Under the pieces are notes generated by a model. The model saw only the letters and a list, made by a program, of their open reading frames with translations. It was not told where the DNA came from and did no database searches. DNA of 64,000 nt. Origin: Schmidtea polychroa (lineage: Eukaryota). Positions 52,280 through 64,000 of the stretch are shown in pieces; position 1 is the first letter of the stretch, and each line of letters begins with the position of its first letter. The stretch is from the NCBI GenBank assembly GCA_044892525.1, contig CM097885.1:26786001-26850000 (forward strand). Direction: 5' to 3'. Both the position numbers and the translations under genes were made by a program.

Positions 52280-52904
52280 CTATATTATTAAAATTAAATT
52301 AAATTAATCTTAATATCTAAATAAATAACCTGTAAAAATTTAGAAATAAAAACTATACTAATTTAGGATTATTTAAACAAACATATATTGAAATATTACA
52401 AATTCGTAAAGCCCAAAAATATGATAACTTTTATACATTAAAAAAAGTGAATAAGAGATTAGATTTTTTATTTTAACCTATTAAATTTAGCTTTCAAAAA
52501 ATTTTGTCAAATCCATTTTTATAACATGTAAATAACTTTTAAAAAATTTTTAAATATAAAATAAATGAAAACAATAAAAACTCATTTGATTTTAATTTTA
52601 TTGGTAATCTAAAAAATATTTACTTAAATTAATTTTATTTAAAAAATATAATACGTTTTATGTTTTTATGTTTTTATTTTATTTTGTTTTTAATTTTAAA
52701 TTTATTTTACCAATATTATCGGTTAAGTTTTTAAATGTTATTTAAGTTAATATTAAATTTAGACAGTTTTAAATAAAAAATTTTACATATTGAGATTTTC
52801 ATTATTATTAAAAAAATATTTTCCTAAATTAATTTTATTTAAAAAATATAATTCGTTTTTATGTTTTTACGTATATTGAGAAATTTATATTAAATAAATT
52901 GTAG

Positions 52905-54430
52905 GGCGAATCAACTGATTCCAATTATTCAATTTCGTCAACTGGATTACCAGTATTAGAAAATCTTTGTACTTTTAAAGAGCGTTCTTGTAGTCGTCTC
53001 TGCATTATTGATTCACCATTTTGTGCATTACATACTCTTGGACATTCAGAACTTCCATATATTCAGTGTGCTGCACAAAGTGATTCATTCCAATGCAAAA
53101 ATGTCGTTCATAAAATGCAGCGAACAAAGTACAATAGAATGTATCATAGAATTTATTTGACTTTGTCGAAGGTATTGTTCATATCATGAAACTGTGAAAT
53201 TAAAAAATTCTCTGCCTCGAAATTATGATACATCCGAAATTCGAAAAGGTTTCAATAATGAAATTAAAATTCCGAATAAAAATGATGAACCGCGAACGCT
53301 CATTGAAAGTCTATACCGAAGTAAAGAAAATGATGCATATTATGACAACTTTTCATCGGATGGAGAAAGTGTAGATTCCGAAGGAAGTGAAGATTTATTA
53401 AAGTATTTAATTCTGATTTTTATAAAACATCTAATTCAACTAATCAGACATACCGGACAATTCACCACCGAGGAATTATTGAATCAAGCTTTAAATAGAT
53501 GGAGAAAATATTTAAGTTTGTGTACAGAAGCGCTTGGAGAGTTACGATATGAAATGATTGAAAGTCATAAAGACATGTGTAGCACATCTGTAGACACCGA
53601 TACCCAGCTTAGTGTTACCAGTATGCTTTTAGTTTTACCATTATAAAATATTCTGATAGCATAATATATTAAAAAATAATATTAATAATAATTTAAAAGA
53701 TTTGTGATTGGTTGAATTTTATTGGTGGATAAAAATAGAATTTGCGTTTTGATTTGCTATAATAAATTCGTTTATTTTCCTGATATTAATCGATTTATTT
53801 CGTCCTTTATCATGAGTAGATTCTCCTCGATACCAAGCCGAATTGAAGGCGTATAAAAAATTCTTGAAAATCCCAAAACAGGTATATGGATGCTGGGAAA
53901 TTCAATGATATCTAATCGATAGATTTTTCTCAGGAAACAATTCATGCCAACGATGCCATGATGTTGAAATTCATGACAACATATAAGGAAATGAAACCGA
54001 ATGGTTCCTGTCAATTCACAATCGGGAAATCCGGATCGGCCAAAGACCGGTGCAACGAGGTAGCGATTCCCTGTTCCAATTACTGCCTGAATCACTTAAT
54101 GATGAAAAGTGAAACAAAAGCTAAATCAAATTTCGACAAATTACCAAATCAGGCATATAAAATTCTCATTGGAATTTGTTAATGGGATTATTTTTCTATT
54201 CCAGGTGTTGTTTAAACGGTGCGGAGGGGGACCGGACCGGGATTGCGGTGAGATTGTCGTTAAATGGAATCCGGAATCGCGATGCGCCATTCACACCGGG
54301 TTTGAGGACGCCATTTTCGATCCGATAATCAATGACCACAACAAGCAGTTACTGCACAACGCTGAGATGAGCATTTCCGAGGAATTCCAAACCAAACCGG
54401 AACATCAGGCCTCTGAATATACCAATAAAT
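52905..54430 (+). CDS. KANSL2: KAT8 regulatory NSL complex subunit 2-like, multi-exon (first exon not located)
   Basis: Two C3HC3H-type regions (CTFKERSCSR...FCALH...YIQC...YCSYH; C...CNEVAIPCSNYCLNH...QVLFKRC...CAIH) and HTGQFTTEE; introns e.g. 53129-53171 and 53403-53447. Head-to-head with DOHH. Confidence 0.8.
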
Positions 54431-54544
54431 AATATTTTTTACTTTTATATGGAATCGGAGGGATTTTTATTTTTGTTGAGTTGGTATTATTATTCGGTAG
54501 GTTATAATCGATTTCCACGCGTTCTCGATTGGCATAATAATTTA

Positions 54545-55686
54545 ACACAATGTATGTTATTTGTACCGACACGATATGTGCTATTGGTACCGTTTCGATA
54601 TATGTTATTTGTACTGGCACGATATATGTTATTTGTACCGGCACGATATATGTTATTTGTACCGGCACGATATATGTTATTGGTACCGACACGATATATG
54701 TTATTTGTACCGGCACGATATATGTTATTTGTACCGACACAATATATGTTATTGGTACCGACACGATATATGTTATTTGTACCGGCACGATATATGTTAT
54801 TTGTACCGACACAATATATGTTATTGGTATCCGCACGATATATGTTATTGGTACCGACACAATATATGCTATTGGTATCCGCACAATATATGTTATTGGT
54901 ACCGACACAATATATGTTATTGGTACCGACACGATATATGTTATTTGTACCGGCACGATATATGTTATTTGTACCGACACAATATATGTTATTGGTATCC
55001 GCACGATATATGTTATTGGTACCGACACAATATATGCTATTGGTATCCGCACAATATATGTTATTGGTACCGACACAATATATGTTATTGGTACCGACAC
55101 GATATGTTATTGGTACCGACACAATATATGTTATTTGTACAGACACAATATATGTTATTTGTATCCGCACAATATATGTTATTGGTTCCGACACGATATG
55201 TTATTGGTACCGACACAATATATGTTATTTGTACCGACACAATATATGTTATTGGTACCGACACGATATGTTATTGGTACCGACACAATATATGTTATTT
55301 GTACCGACACAATATATGTTATTGGTATCCGCACGATATATGTTATTGGTACCGACACAATATATGTTATTGGTATCCGCACGATATATGTTATTTGTAC
55401 CGACACAATGTATGTTATTGGTACCGACACGATATATGTTAGTGGTACCGACACAATATATGTTATTGGTACCGACACAATATATGTTATTGGTATCCGC
55501 ACGATATATGTTATTGGTACCGACACGATATATGTTATTGGTACCGACACAACATATGTTATTGGTAGCGTTTCGATATATGTTATTTGTACCGACACAA
55601 TGTATGTTATTGGTAACGACACGATATGTTATTGGTACTGACCCCATATATGTTATTTGTAACGACACGATATATGCTATTGGTAC
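54545..55686. repeat. 24-bp minisatellite, ~47 units
   Basis: Unit GTACCGACACGATATATGTTATTG with variants and occasional 22-bp units. Confidence 0.95.
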
Positions 55687-57887
55687 ACCTAATTCCGAAA
55701 GTTAAAAGTTTCTATAATCTATAAAAAATCGATAAAATTATAATATAGGAACACACAAACTTACCTGTGTGCAAAAATTTAATGTTCCGAAAGTTAAAAG
55801 TTTTATTAAAGGAATTGAGTAAGTGACAAAAAAATAATTTTACATACAAACATAGCACACAATATAAAATACACGCAAAATTAATACAGAGTTTTATTCC
55901 GAAAGTTAAAAGTAATTGACATATTGTTAACATATCATTATTTTTAATATATTAAAATTCATCGCTGAAGAAATTTTGGATTTTCAAACGGACAACTCTA
56001 CTTTGAGTTTTCGTGAAAAGGACGACAAAACATCTTAAGATCTATTTATTAAATATTTTTGAAGTTAATATTTCTTTAGATTTTAGATATTTCTCTGGAA
56101 ACACTACCTTTTTGCGAAGGTGAAGAATTGACAATGTAAGAATTTTTTCATTAAATTACAAATAATTAAAATATTTTACAGTATATCAGATATTTCTTGT
56201 CAAGCGACTTTGTGTGAAGGTAGTATTTCTAATACTTATCTGAACCATAATTTACTTTAATTCAAAAAATTTACCATGCTTTTTTAGTCTAGACCCTCTT
56301 TTTGTATTGAAAATCCCAGGACCAAGGAGATCCACCTTAATTTACTTGGAAAATCCCATGCTTTTTAGTGATAATTGAAAGTTGTATTGAAAATCCCAGG
56401 ACCATCGAGACCCCCTCATTATAGTCAGAGAAATCCTGGCTTCTCTTCTATAAAGCCCCTTTATTTGTATTGAAAAAAATATGAGTGGCTTCCTGCAACA
56501 ATAGCCTCTTATCTATAGGCCCTTTCTTTGTATTGAAAAAGATATGAGTGGCTTCCTGCAACAATTACATAATCAAAAAAGCAAAAAAACGAGTTCCAAC
56601 AATATTTTACCCCCTCCCCCGGGGGGTAATTGTTGCAGGGAGCCACTAACTACCTACTAGCATTGAAGTAGGATCTATTACTTCGATATAAATTCCGTTA
56701 AGTCAACAGTGATATGGCATAATTTTTAAGTAATTATTATGTTATAAAATATATTCGCAAGAAATACCTGTGTAGTTTCAGAGTTCAAATACCCTACCAA
56801 TTTTGAATATTGTTCAAAAATCTCGGAGCACACAGTTTGGGAAACACTGGCTTATATACTATTTTGTCAAATTATTCAACAATTGATTAAACCTATTTTT
56901 TGATCAATTTATTGTTTTAAATTTTATTTTTTTGGTTTTATTTTTTTGTTTTAATTATTTGTTTTTTACTTTAATTTTTCTCTTTTTCCTATTTCTCTGA
57001 TTGGTTGATTTATCGCCTTTTTTTCATCAATTTTACTCCTTGAGTAAGATAATATTTTCTCCTAATTTGCGTTTCTTTTTGGCGGTTTCTTTTGTGTTTT
57101 AGGAGTTACTATATGTTACATGTGCAACTGCTTGTATTTATTATTTTATTATTTTTTTTTACTTATTATTTATGCCCAATAATCTTTATTTTTTTCGAAT
57201 AATCTATGTCTCTTGCCTGGTGATTTCTTTGTTTTGCTTTATACAATGCATATCAATGCCAGCTGCTTGCTCTGTTAATTATGTTTTTATTTTTCAATTA
57301 CTTTTTTTGTTCTTGATTAAACGTATGATGTCGTTAATTTTATTCGGTTTATTTTTCTTAATTTATTTTATCCGTTTGATCCAGATACTTAATCCATCTT
57401 GATCTATTCCAACAACTGGATCAATCCTATCACATCATTCATAGCATTAAACTTATCATCAATCAATAAGGACCTCATGCTCAGCGTTTCTAATCAAAAA
57501 ACATTTCGAAAACTGCACAATCCCATAAAGCAAGAATTAATAATAAATTTTCCAAGCGTAATATTCTATAATTCTCCCGAGTTGTTCACACTGTGGTCAA
57601 TTTAAGGATTTTTGAAAAGATTTTTATATAAATTTCATATAAAAATTTACATTTAATATCTTTTGAAATTCAAATAATAAAAATAAATATAATCTCAATA
57701 ATTTGAATCTAATTTCAATATTACTTCATAATTATCATAAAGCAACAAATTTAAATTCTTTTACTGGACTAATTAAATCATTTTATATTTGACAATTATA
57801 TAAAGCCAATTGTATTGAATTTAAAATAGGCAAGTTTTTTTCAAAATTTTTAACTAGATAATCTTTTCACATTTTCAAAATTTAAAA

Positions 57888-58522
57888 ATGTCAACAGATA
57901 AAACTGACGAAGTTGTCAAAGAATCAGCTAACGATAAAGTGGAATTAAAAAAAGAAATTAATCTTCTAAATGGAATTGGAATTATTGTTGGATCAATTAT
58001 CGGGTCGGGTATTTTTGTTAGTCCAACTGAAGTTTTTATTAAATCTGGAAGTCCTGGATCTGCATTAATAATCTGGTTTTTATGTGGAATATTCTCCCTC
58101 ATTGGAGCTTATTGTTATATGGAATTGGGCACGATGATCACTAGATCGGGTGGAGATTACGCCTATGTGCTCGATGCATTTGGACCTTTCATAGCGTTTT
58201 TAAGATTATGGGTAGACGTGATTGTTGCGAGACCAGTTTCCCAGGCAATTATTGCACTGGTTTTCGCTGAATACACTCTCGAAGCTCTCTACATAGGATG
58301 TGTTTCGCCAATCATGGCTAAAAGATTTTTAGCTGCAGGTTGCATAGGTATAAATGCGTAACATCTATGGCTAAGATTTTTAGAGACTAAATTTAGGAAT
58401 ATTAACATTTATAAATTGCTATTCTGTTCGTTGGTCAACATTAGTGCAAGATATTTTATCATACGCGAAAGTATTTGCATTGTTGATCATTATTATGACA
58501 GGCATTGTCAGATTGGCTCAAG
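57888..58522 (+). CDS. SLC7 L-type amino acid transporter light chain, exons 1-2 (57888-58347, 58397-58522); remainder not seen in window
   Basis: [51 protein letters not shown]; 49-nt GT-AG intron; donor at 58523. Confidence 0.92.
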
Positions 58523-59607
58523 GTAAATCGTTTTATATTTACATTTTTGCCATTCCCCTTATAGTACAATTTTATATTTTAATATTTCTTTTCAAACAAT
58601 TACATATTTTACATCGCCTTATAAAATACGATGGCCTGATGATTCAATTCTGTCTCTTATTACAGTAGATCGGTGAAATGGGACATTATACATAACGGTC
58701 TGTACATTCTCAATATTTTCTGAATGTCATTTATCAATTATTTCATTGATAAAAACTAAAAATGTTTCGGTATACAATGATTTAATAATTTTAAAATAAA
58801 AATAATTTCAATAATGTTTGGTACCCAATTTTTATTGGTAGCCAAGAATAATCAAGTTGTTATAAATTATAGATGTAAGGATTTAATAATACAAGGATTT
58901 AATAATTTTAATATACACTACTAGACTTTAACATATAAAAATATAACTTTTATTGGTAAAACAAGTTTTACCAATAAAAGAAAAATTGAAAAATATTGTG
59001 TGAATTAATTATTTTTTTTATTTGTAATCTTGATTTCTTGAAGAATAAAAAAATTTATGAAATATTAAAACTGCTCTGAGAGGACAGTGGTATTTGTTTT
59101 TTTTCCTCTGACCTCTCAACAGTTTTTTTTGATCCGGATCATTTTTTTATTTATCAATTTCAACCTCTTTCGTTTATCGAATCTCTTCCAATATACAAGC
59201 TGGCCAGACTCATACATCAGAATCAATTCGATAATAGCAGCACGCCTTATTATTCGCTTCTCGCTCGAATATGATTTCATCGGCGTTTTAAGCGTGCTGC
59301 TCGAAAGTACAAATGAATTCGATAGCGAATCCAAAAGAGGTCCGAAAACAACCAAAAAAATATTTTGAAATAAATGTGCACATTATGGAATCGATCCGGG
59401 ATGTGTTCGAAAGACTACTGGCGATAATTACCGGTTCGCCACCACACCCCGTTTCAATAATTTTTTTTTCATATTTATATTTAAAAATTAATTAATTAAT
59501 AAAAAAATAAAATATACAAGATGTATTTCCTAAGATACCCAAACTATATATTTTTTTAATATTTATTTTCAATATTATTTTCAAATTTTTAATATTATTT
59601 TATGTTG

Positions 59608-59690
59608 AAAAAAAACTAATTTCAGTTGGGATTTGAACCACAATTTATTTGAACCATTGTGCCAGTCTATTCCCACTGAGCCAGCTATCT
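59608..59690 (-). ncRNA. tRNA-like RNA polymerase III unit (A box, B box, oligo-T)
   Basis: Minus strand TGGCTCAGTGG ... GGTTCAAATCC ... TTTTTTTT; no convincing cloverleaf. Confidence 0.4.
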
Positions 59691-59879
59691 TGTTTTTAAA
59701 ATTTCTTTCCCATTAAACATAGAAAATTAAATATTCTACTTAAAAACTAAAAGTAGTAGAATATTATGAAAATAATATTTATAAAAACTATAATCGTATA
59801 CTCCATAATGTTTTCATAGAATTACTTTGTAATAGAGTGATAGATGATAAAGTATTATTTTATGGAGACAAGAATACAA

Positions 59880-60495
59880 AAAGTTAATTAAAATTAACAA
59901 CAATTGAATTACATATACTTGAATGGACATTAAATCCTCACGCTGAAATTAAATTACTTGAAAGATTAAATTCCAACAAATCTATAAATGTTAATTATTT
60001 AAATAGAATTTGTAGTGTATTTGACATGAGAGAAGGTAGCAAATTTAGCATATCGACCAAGATATATTTTAATTAGATTCAAAGAAATAGACCCATCTTT
60101 TCAAAACAAATAACTTGTTTATTCAAAAAATTGGAGATGATAATTTAAAATCAATTCAAATTCAATTGAATAATAGTTATTATCCAGTAAATAGAATGGA
60201 GTTTAATATAGAAAACAATGGAAATATATTCCCATATATAAATTATATTCAAACATACCAAGACTTCAAAATAAAACCACAATTAAGTTTAGAAGATTTC
60301 AAAAATTTGTATTCTATATTCTGTATAAATGTTTCAGATCAAGATGATAAATTAGCTATAAATAATGTTGATGTTACTCTTCATATAACAAAGGATTCTA
60401 ATTTTAAAGCAAAAATATATACATTAATTCTTGAAGAAAAGAAAATAGAAATGAAGTTATATGGTGGAAATCATATTCTTGTCACGCTTATCTAA
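59880..60495 (+). pseudogene. Major capsid protein C-terminal fragment (element E)
   Basis: IQIQLNNSYYP...LSLEDFKNLYSIFCINVSDQ pattern of Polinton capsid C-termini; frameshifted. Confidence 0.65.
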
Positions 60496-61116
60496 TTTAT
60501 AAAAGATGAAACAATTGGAGTTGTTTATAATTGAATTTTTATCCAAGGCATAATAAGTTTGAGAGATGTAAATCACATTACAATTATTATGACGTCCTCG
60601 AGTAAAATAACTTTTTTGAATTTCTTGATTTTTCATATTTACAACATCATCAAATATAACTAGATTCTTTTTATCTTTGGAAAGAAAATCACAATGTACT
60701 ACATCTTCAGGTTTGTTGGAAAATAAAACTTGTATTGATTCATCACTAATATAATCATTTTTATTAATAATATGTGACTCGGAAATCTCTTCCTTATACC
60801 AGTCAACCATATCACATGGATGATATACTTCTTTAGGACATCTATATTGATTTTTAAAAATATCAATCATTCCTTTTTTAGTTAATTTATTTTCAAATCC
60901 ATATTTCAAAAGTTGTAATTCTGGTTGGTTTATAGTTGTAGAATAAAATATTAAATTATTATAATCTAAAAAACCATCCTCAAGTAACATTTTCAAAAGA
61001 AGTACATTCTTTCCACACCCTGAAGATCCAACAATTAACAATCTAAAATTATCAAGAAAAATTTTATTATTAAATTTACTTTTGTGTCTTGTTAAAATCG
61101 GTTTCTAACTAGCCAT
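60457..61116 (-). pseudogene. Packaging ATPase (element E)
   Basis: GSSGCGKN Walker A, LVIFDD Walker B, YFTRGRHNNCNVIYISQ; stop at codon 4 and 3' truncation. Confidence 0.88.
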
Positions 61117-61131
61117 TTTTAATAATAAAAA

Positions 61132-61685
61132 ATGACGACTGAAGAATCTCTAAAAGAATTAATAAATTCAGACAAAAATAAATCTGTAGTAATTGATGGC
61201 AAGAAATATTTTGTTACAAAAGACATCAAGGAGGAAGTTCGCGAGAAAATTAGAGAAGGTGGGATTTTACCCTTGGCTGCTTTAATACCAGCAATCATTG
61301 CAGGTTTAGAGCTGGTGCTGCTGGAATAGCTAGAGGGATTGCAACTACAATTCTAAAATCTAAAGAAGCTCAAAAAACTGAATTAGAAAAACAAAAATTA
61401 CAACAGGAAATAAATCAAATAAAAGGTTCCAAGCTTGGAACAGGTTTATACCTTGATCCTTACAAAGGTAGAGGTTTGAATGATTTTCTCAAAAATCAAA
61501 TTTCATCATCTGATTTATCCTCAAAAGATAAAGATAGTTTAAAAAAAATATGCAAGTCTTTGAAAAATGGTTGTATTTGTAAATCAAAACATGGTAAAGG
61601 TTTATATTTGAAACCTTTTTCAATCATAAACCTGTTTATGACTGAAAACTTGGAAAGAACTTTATTAGTAAAGTTTCTTTACTAA
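61132..61685 (+). pseudogene. Core-like protein with EGG-ILPL motif (element E), frameshifted
   Basis: REGGILPLAALIPAIIAG, then G.GLYL.P repeats (GTGLYLDPY, GKGLYLKPF). Confidence 0.6.
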
Positions 61686-61717
61686 TAAAGGAACATGTAA
61701 CATAAAATGGTATAAAA

Positions 61718-63084
61718 ATGGTATATAAAATGGTTAATGAAGAAAGATTAGCTCTTTTAAAAAAATTACATGTTGATCAAGACAAGTATAACAAAAAAGA
61801 TTTAAGTCAGCATACTGAATCCATAATTTTAAATGAATTAATGATGGAACAACAACAACCAATTCTTAAAGCTTTGAAAGAATTAAAACCCTCTTTATCC
61901 AACCACCCAAGAGAATTAGAACCCATATTTTTAAAACCCAAAGAATTAGAATCACTTAAAGATTTAGAATTTTGGGATATGGAACCAATTGAACAAGATG
62001 AACAAGCTATTAGTTCAATAGAAATTAATAGAGATATGAAACCATACATTATTGACAACACAGAACCTAATAAAAATTTGACTGTACAAACAATTAAACT
62101 AACTTTTTCTATTGAGAATGGATTTCAATTTATCACAATTAATAAAAAAAAATTTCTATTGTATGATAATAATTGTGAACCATATATTCGTTCTAAAAAT
62201 AGTTTTGAAGACCAACGTATAAATATAAAATACACAAAAGATTTGGATGAATTAATTAAAGCAGGGGTTTCAAACTCGGTTTATACAGAGGGCCACATTT
62301 ACTATAATTGCACATCATGTGGGCCGCATAATATATTTTTCTGATACACATATTTCTGATATATATATATATATATATTTCGTATCCTGTTTTTCTGTAC
62401 CACCGGACACTCTTTGTTTACTTTTCTTTGCTTTAAAAACATGATTATATGCTAAAGAATTATAATAATTATCCATGTGTAAAACATGATATTTGTTTGC
62501 ATAATGTTTTAACATTCTAGTTATCATGTTATTCAATGTTTCTTTTTCTCCACAAATTTGAAAATCAAGCAAATAGGATGATTCAGAATCGCACAAAGAA
62601 TAAAATTTTAAGACAAATTTGTTTGGTTTATCTCTACAATACACGCTATTTGGAGTTCTTCCTTTAAATTTTATTTTTAAGTTTTGTTTTGTTTTTTTGT
62701 ACTGATATATCAAGTGGGCCGCAAGTTTGACATATCTGAATTAAAGGATATTCTTCAGATGATAAAAATAAAATTAAAATATATTTAGATTTAATAAAAA
62801 TGGTGGGAGGTAGATCAAATGCAAAACATATACAGACTTTAAAGAATTATATAAATCAAAATGAAATGGGCTATATTGTTAAAGAAGGAAAAGGAACTTT
62901 TATTACTAAAACAAGTTTTACTAATAAAAGAAATTTTATTAATCTTTTTATTCAACTAAGAAAATTATTAGCAGCAAAGAAAGCAGGTCATTATAATTTG
63001 AATGGTGATATTTTAAACATGCCTAAAAAATTATTAAAACATGGAATAATTTCACAAGATAAATTTAATAAATATACTCGTTAA
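61718..63084 (+). pseudogene. Conserved Polinton hypothetical gene interrupted by a MITE
   Basis: ORF 61718 is cut at 62262; C-terminal LRKLLAAKKAGH...LLKHGIIS resembles a motif common in Polinton ORFs. Confidence 0.5.
62262..62738. mobile_element. hAT (Buster/Charlie-type) MITE containing a piggyBac transposase fragment
   Basis: Ends CAGGGGTTTCAAACT / AGTTTGACATATCTG, exact 8-bp TSD AATTAAAG; internal minus-strand FKGR...KPNKF..K...LCDSES.Y...MDNYYNS. Confidence 0.85.
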
Positions 63085-63127
63085 TAAATGATTATATTTA
63101 ATAATATACACTTTAAGTTTTGAAGTT

Positions 63128-63604
63128 ATGAGAGTAAAAGAATTCAAATCTGAAAAACTTCATTTAGAAGATTTATTAAAACATAAAAAAATTAAAAGTA
63201 GATGGAATAGAGCCGATACTTGTTTAAAGATTGCTGGTTCTTCTTTGGGATTTGCAACAACAATATTAACAATTATATTATCTGCAACTTTACCAGTTTT
63301 AACACTTGTACCAATAATTCTTGGGAGTATTTCAGCTGGAGATTTATTCTTGACTGAAGTTGTTTCTGTATCATGCACTGCAAAAAAGAAAAGTTTATAT
63401 CGTGAAGTATGTTCAACAATAGATATTGGAATTGCAAAATTATTTTTATTTCAATTAAAAGCCTTGGAAGATGATGAAATTTTAAAATTCAATAAAATAA
63501 TTGAAGAGATAAAAGATGAAATTATCAAATTAAAAAATGCAAATCAAATATCCCGAGGATATTCAAAAAAAGATAATCGAGAGAAATGGTTAAAAAATAA
63601 TTAA
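63128..63604 (+). CDS. Two-transmembrane Polinton protein (element E)
   Basis: Hydrophobic hairpin LGFATTILTIILSATLPVLTLVPIILG followed by a helical KALEDDEI tail. Confidence 0.55.
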   Translation: MRVKEFKSEKLHLEDLLKHKKIKSRWNRADTCLKIAGSSLGFATTILTIILSATLPVLTLVPIILGSISAGDLFLTEVVSVSCTAKKKSLYREVCSTIDIGIAKLFLFQLKALEDDEILKFNKIIEEIKDEIIKLKNANQISRGYSKKDNREKWLKNN

Positions 63605-63626
63605 AACTTTTATATTTTATATATAT

Positions 63627-64000
63627 CTAATAATATCTAATTTTAATTTTACTCATTTCAACATCTGTTATATTAACCCTATATTTCCTATTATATTTTT
63701 TTAATTTTTTAATGTGTGGAATTATATCACTTCCAAATGGAATTGTATGAATTCCATCAGATAAAACATACCTTTTATCATCATAATTATCCAGCGAGGT
63801 TTTTAAAGATTCCTGTAGAAAGATGTCATGTTTAATAGATTTAATTTGATGAACTCTTACTATTTGTTTCTCAGAATTTGGTTTTAAGACATCAACATAA
63901 TCTTGATGTTTAATTGGTTTGGTTACACATTTTTGAATTCCTTTATTTTTATTTTCTTGTATCATTGGAACATTTGAGTTACTTGCCTCCATTAAAAGAG
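63627..64000 (-). pseudogene. polB: pPolB C-terminal fragment (element E)
   Basis: KGI.K.V...I.HQDY..VL...IKS.KH......K.SL..YDDKRY...DGI.T.PFG. Confidence 0.85.

Larger units (their letters stand above)
58664..64000. mobile_element. Degenerate Polinton of a different lineage (element E), runs off the window end
   Basis: Putative terminus AGTAGAT at 58664; capsid, ATPase, GG-motif core ORF and PolB fragments with different gene order and orientation from element C. Confidence 0.8.

Noticed and set aside
54405..55705. Long ORFs of 139-418 aa on both strands
   Set aside because: By-product of a stop-free 24-bp tandem repeat; no spacers, so also not a CRISPR array.

Overview
Very AT-rich eukaryotic genomic DNA with 42-49 nt GT-AG introns (invertebrate-like; species cannot be established from sequence). 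The window is a nest of Polinton/Maverick endogenous DNA viruses. One element is structurally complete (16810-32490, AG...CT ends, 6-bp TSD TTTCTA, long TIRs; ATPase, integrase-chromodomain, minor and major capsid, adenain protease, protein-primed PolB). Four more are partial (1-644, ~8100-14180, ~38106-43410, 58664->64000). hAT, Merlin, BEL/Pao, Gypsy and piggyBac remnants are interspersed. Host genes are DOHH, KANSL2 and an SLC7 transporter. Reading splice sites by eye shows what the ORF track misses. The complete Polinton is intron-rich and carries an intact spliced Bcl-2-family gene, a five-exon poly-SIM acidic gene, a predicted GPI-anchored coiled-coil glycoprotein and an overprinted MGxxxS ORF. 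PolB begins at a conserved phase-1 splice acceptor in three copies, and in two of them it is preceded by a covarying ~65-nt hairpin. All homology calls are motif recognition by eye; no searches were run.
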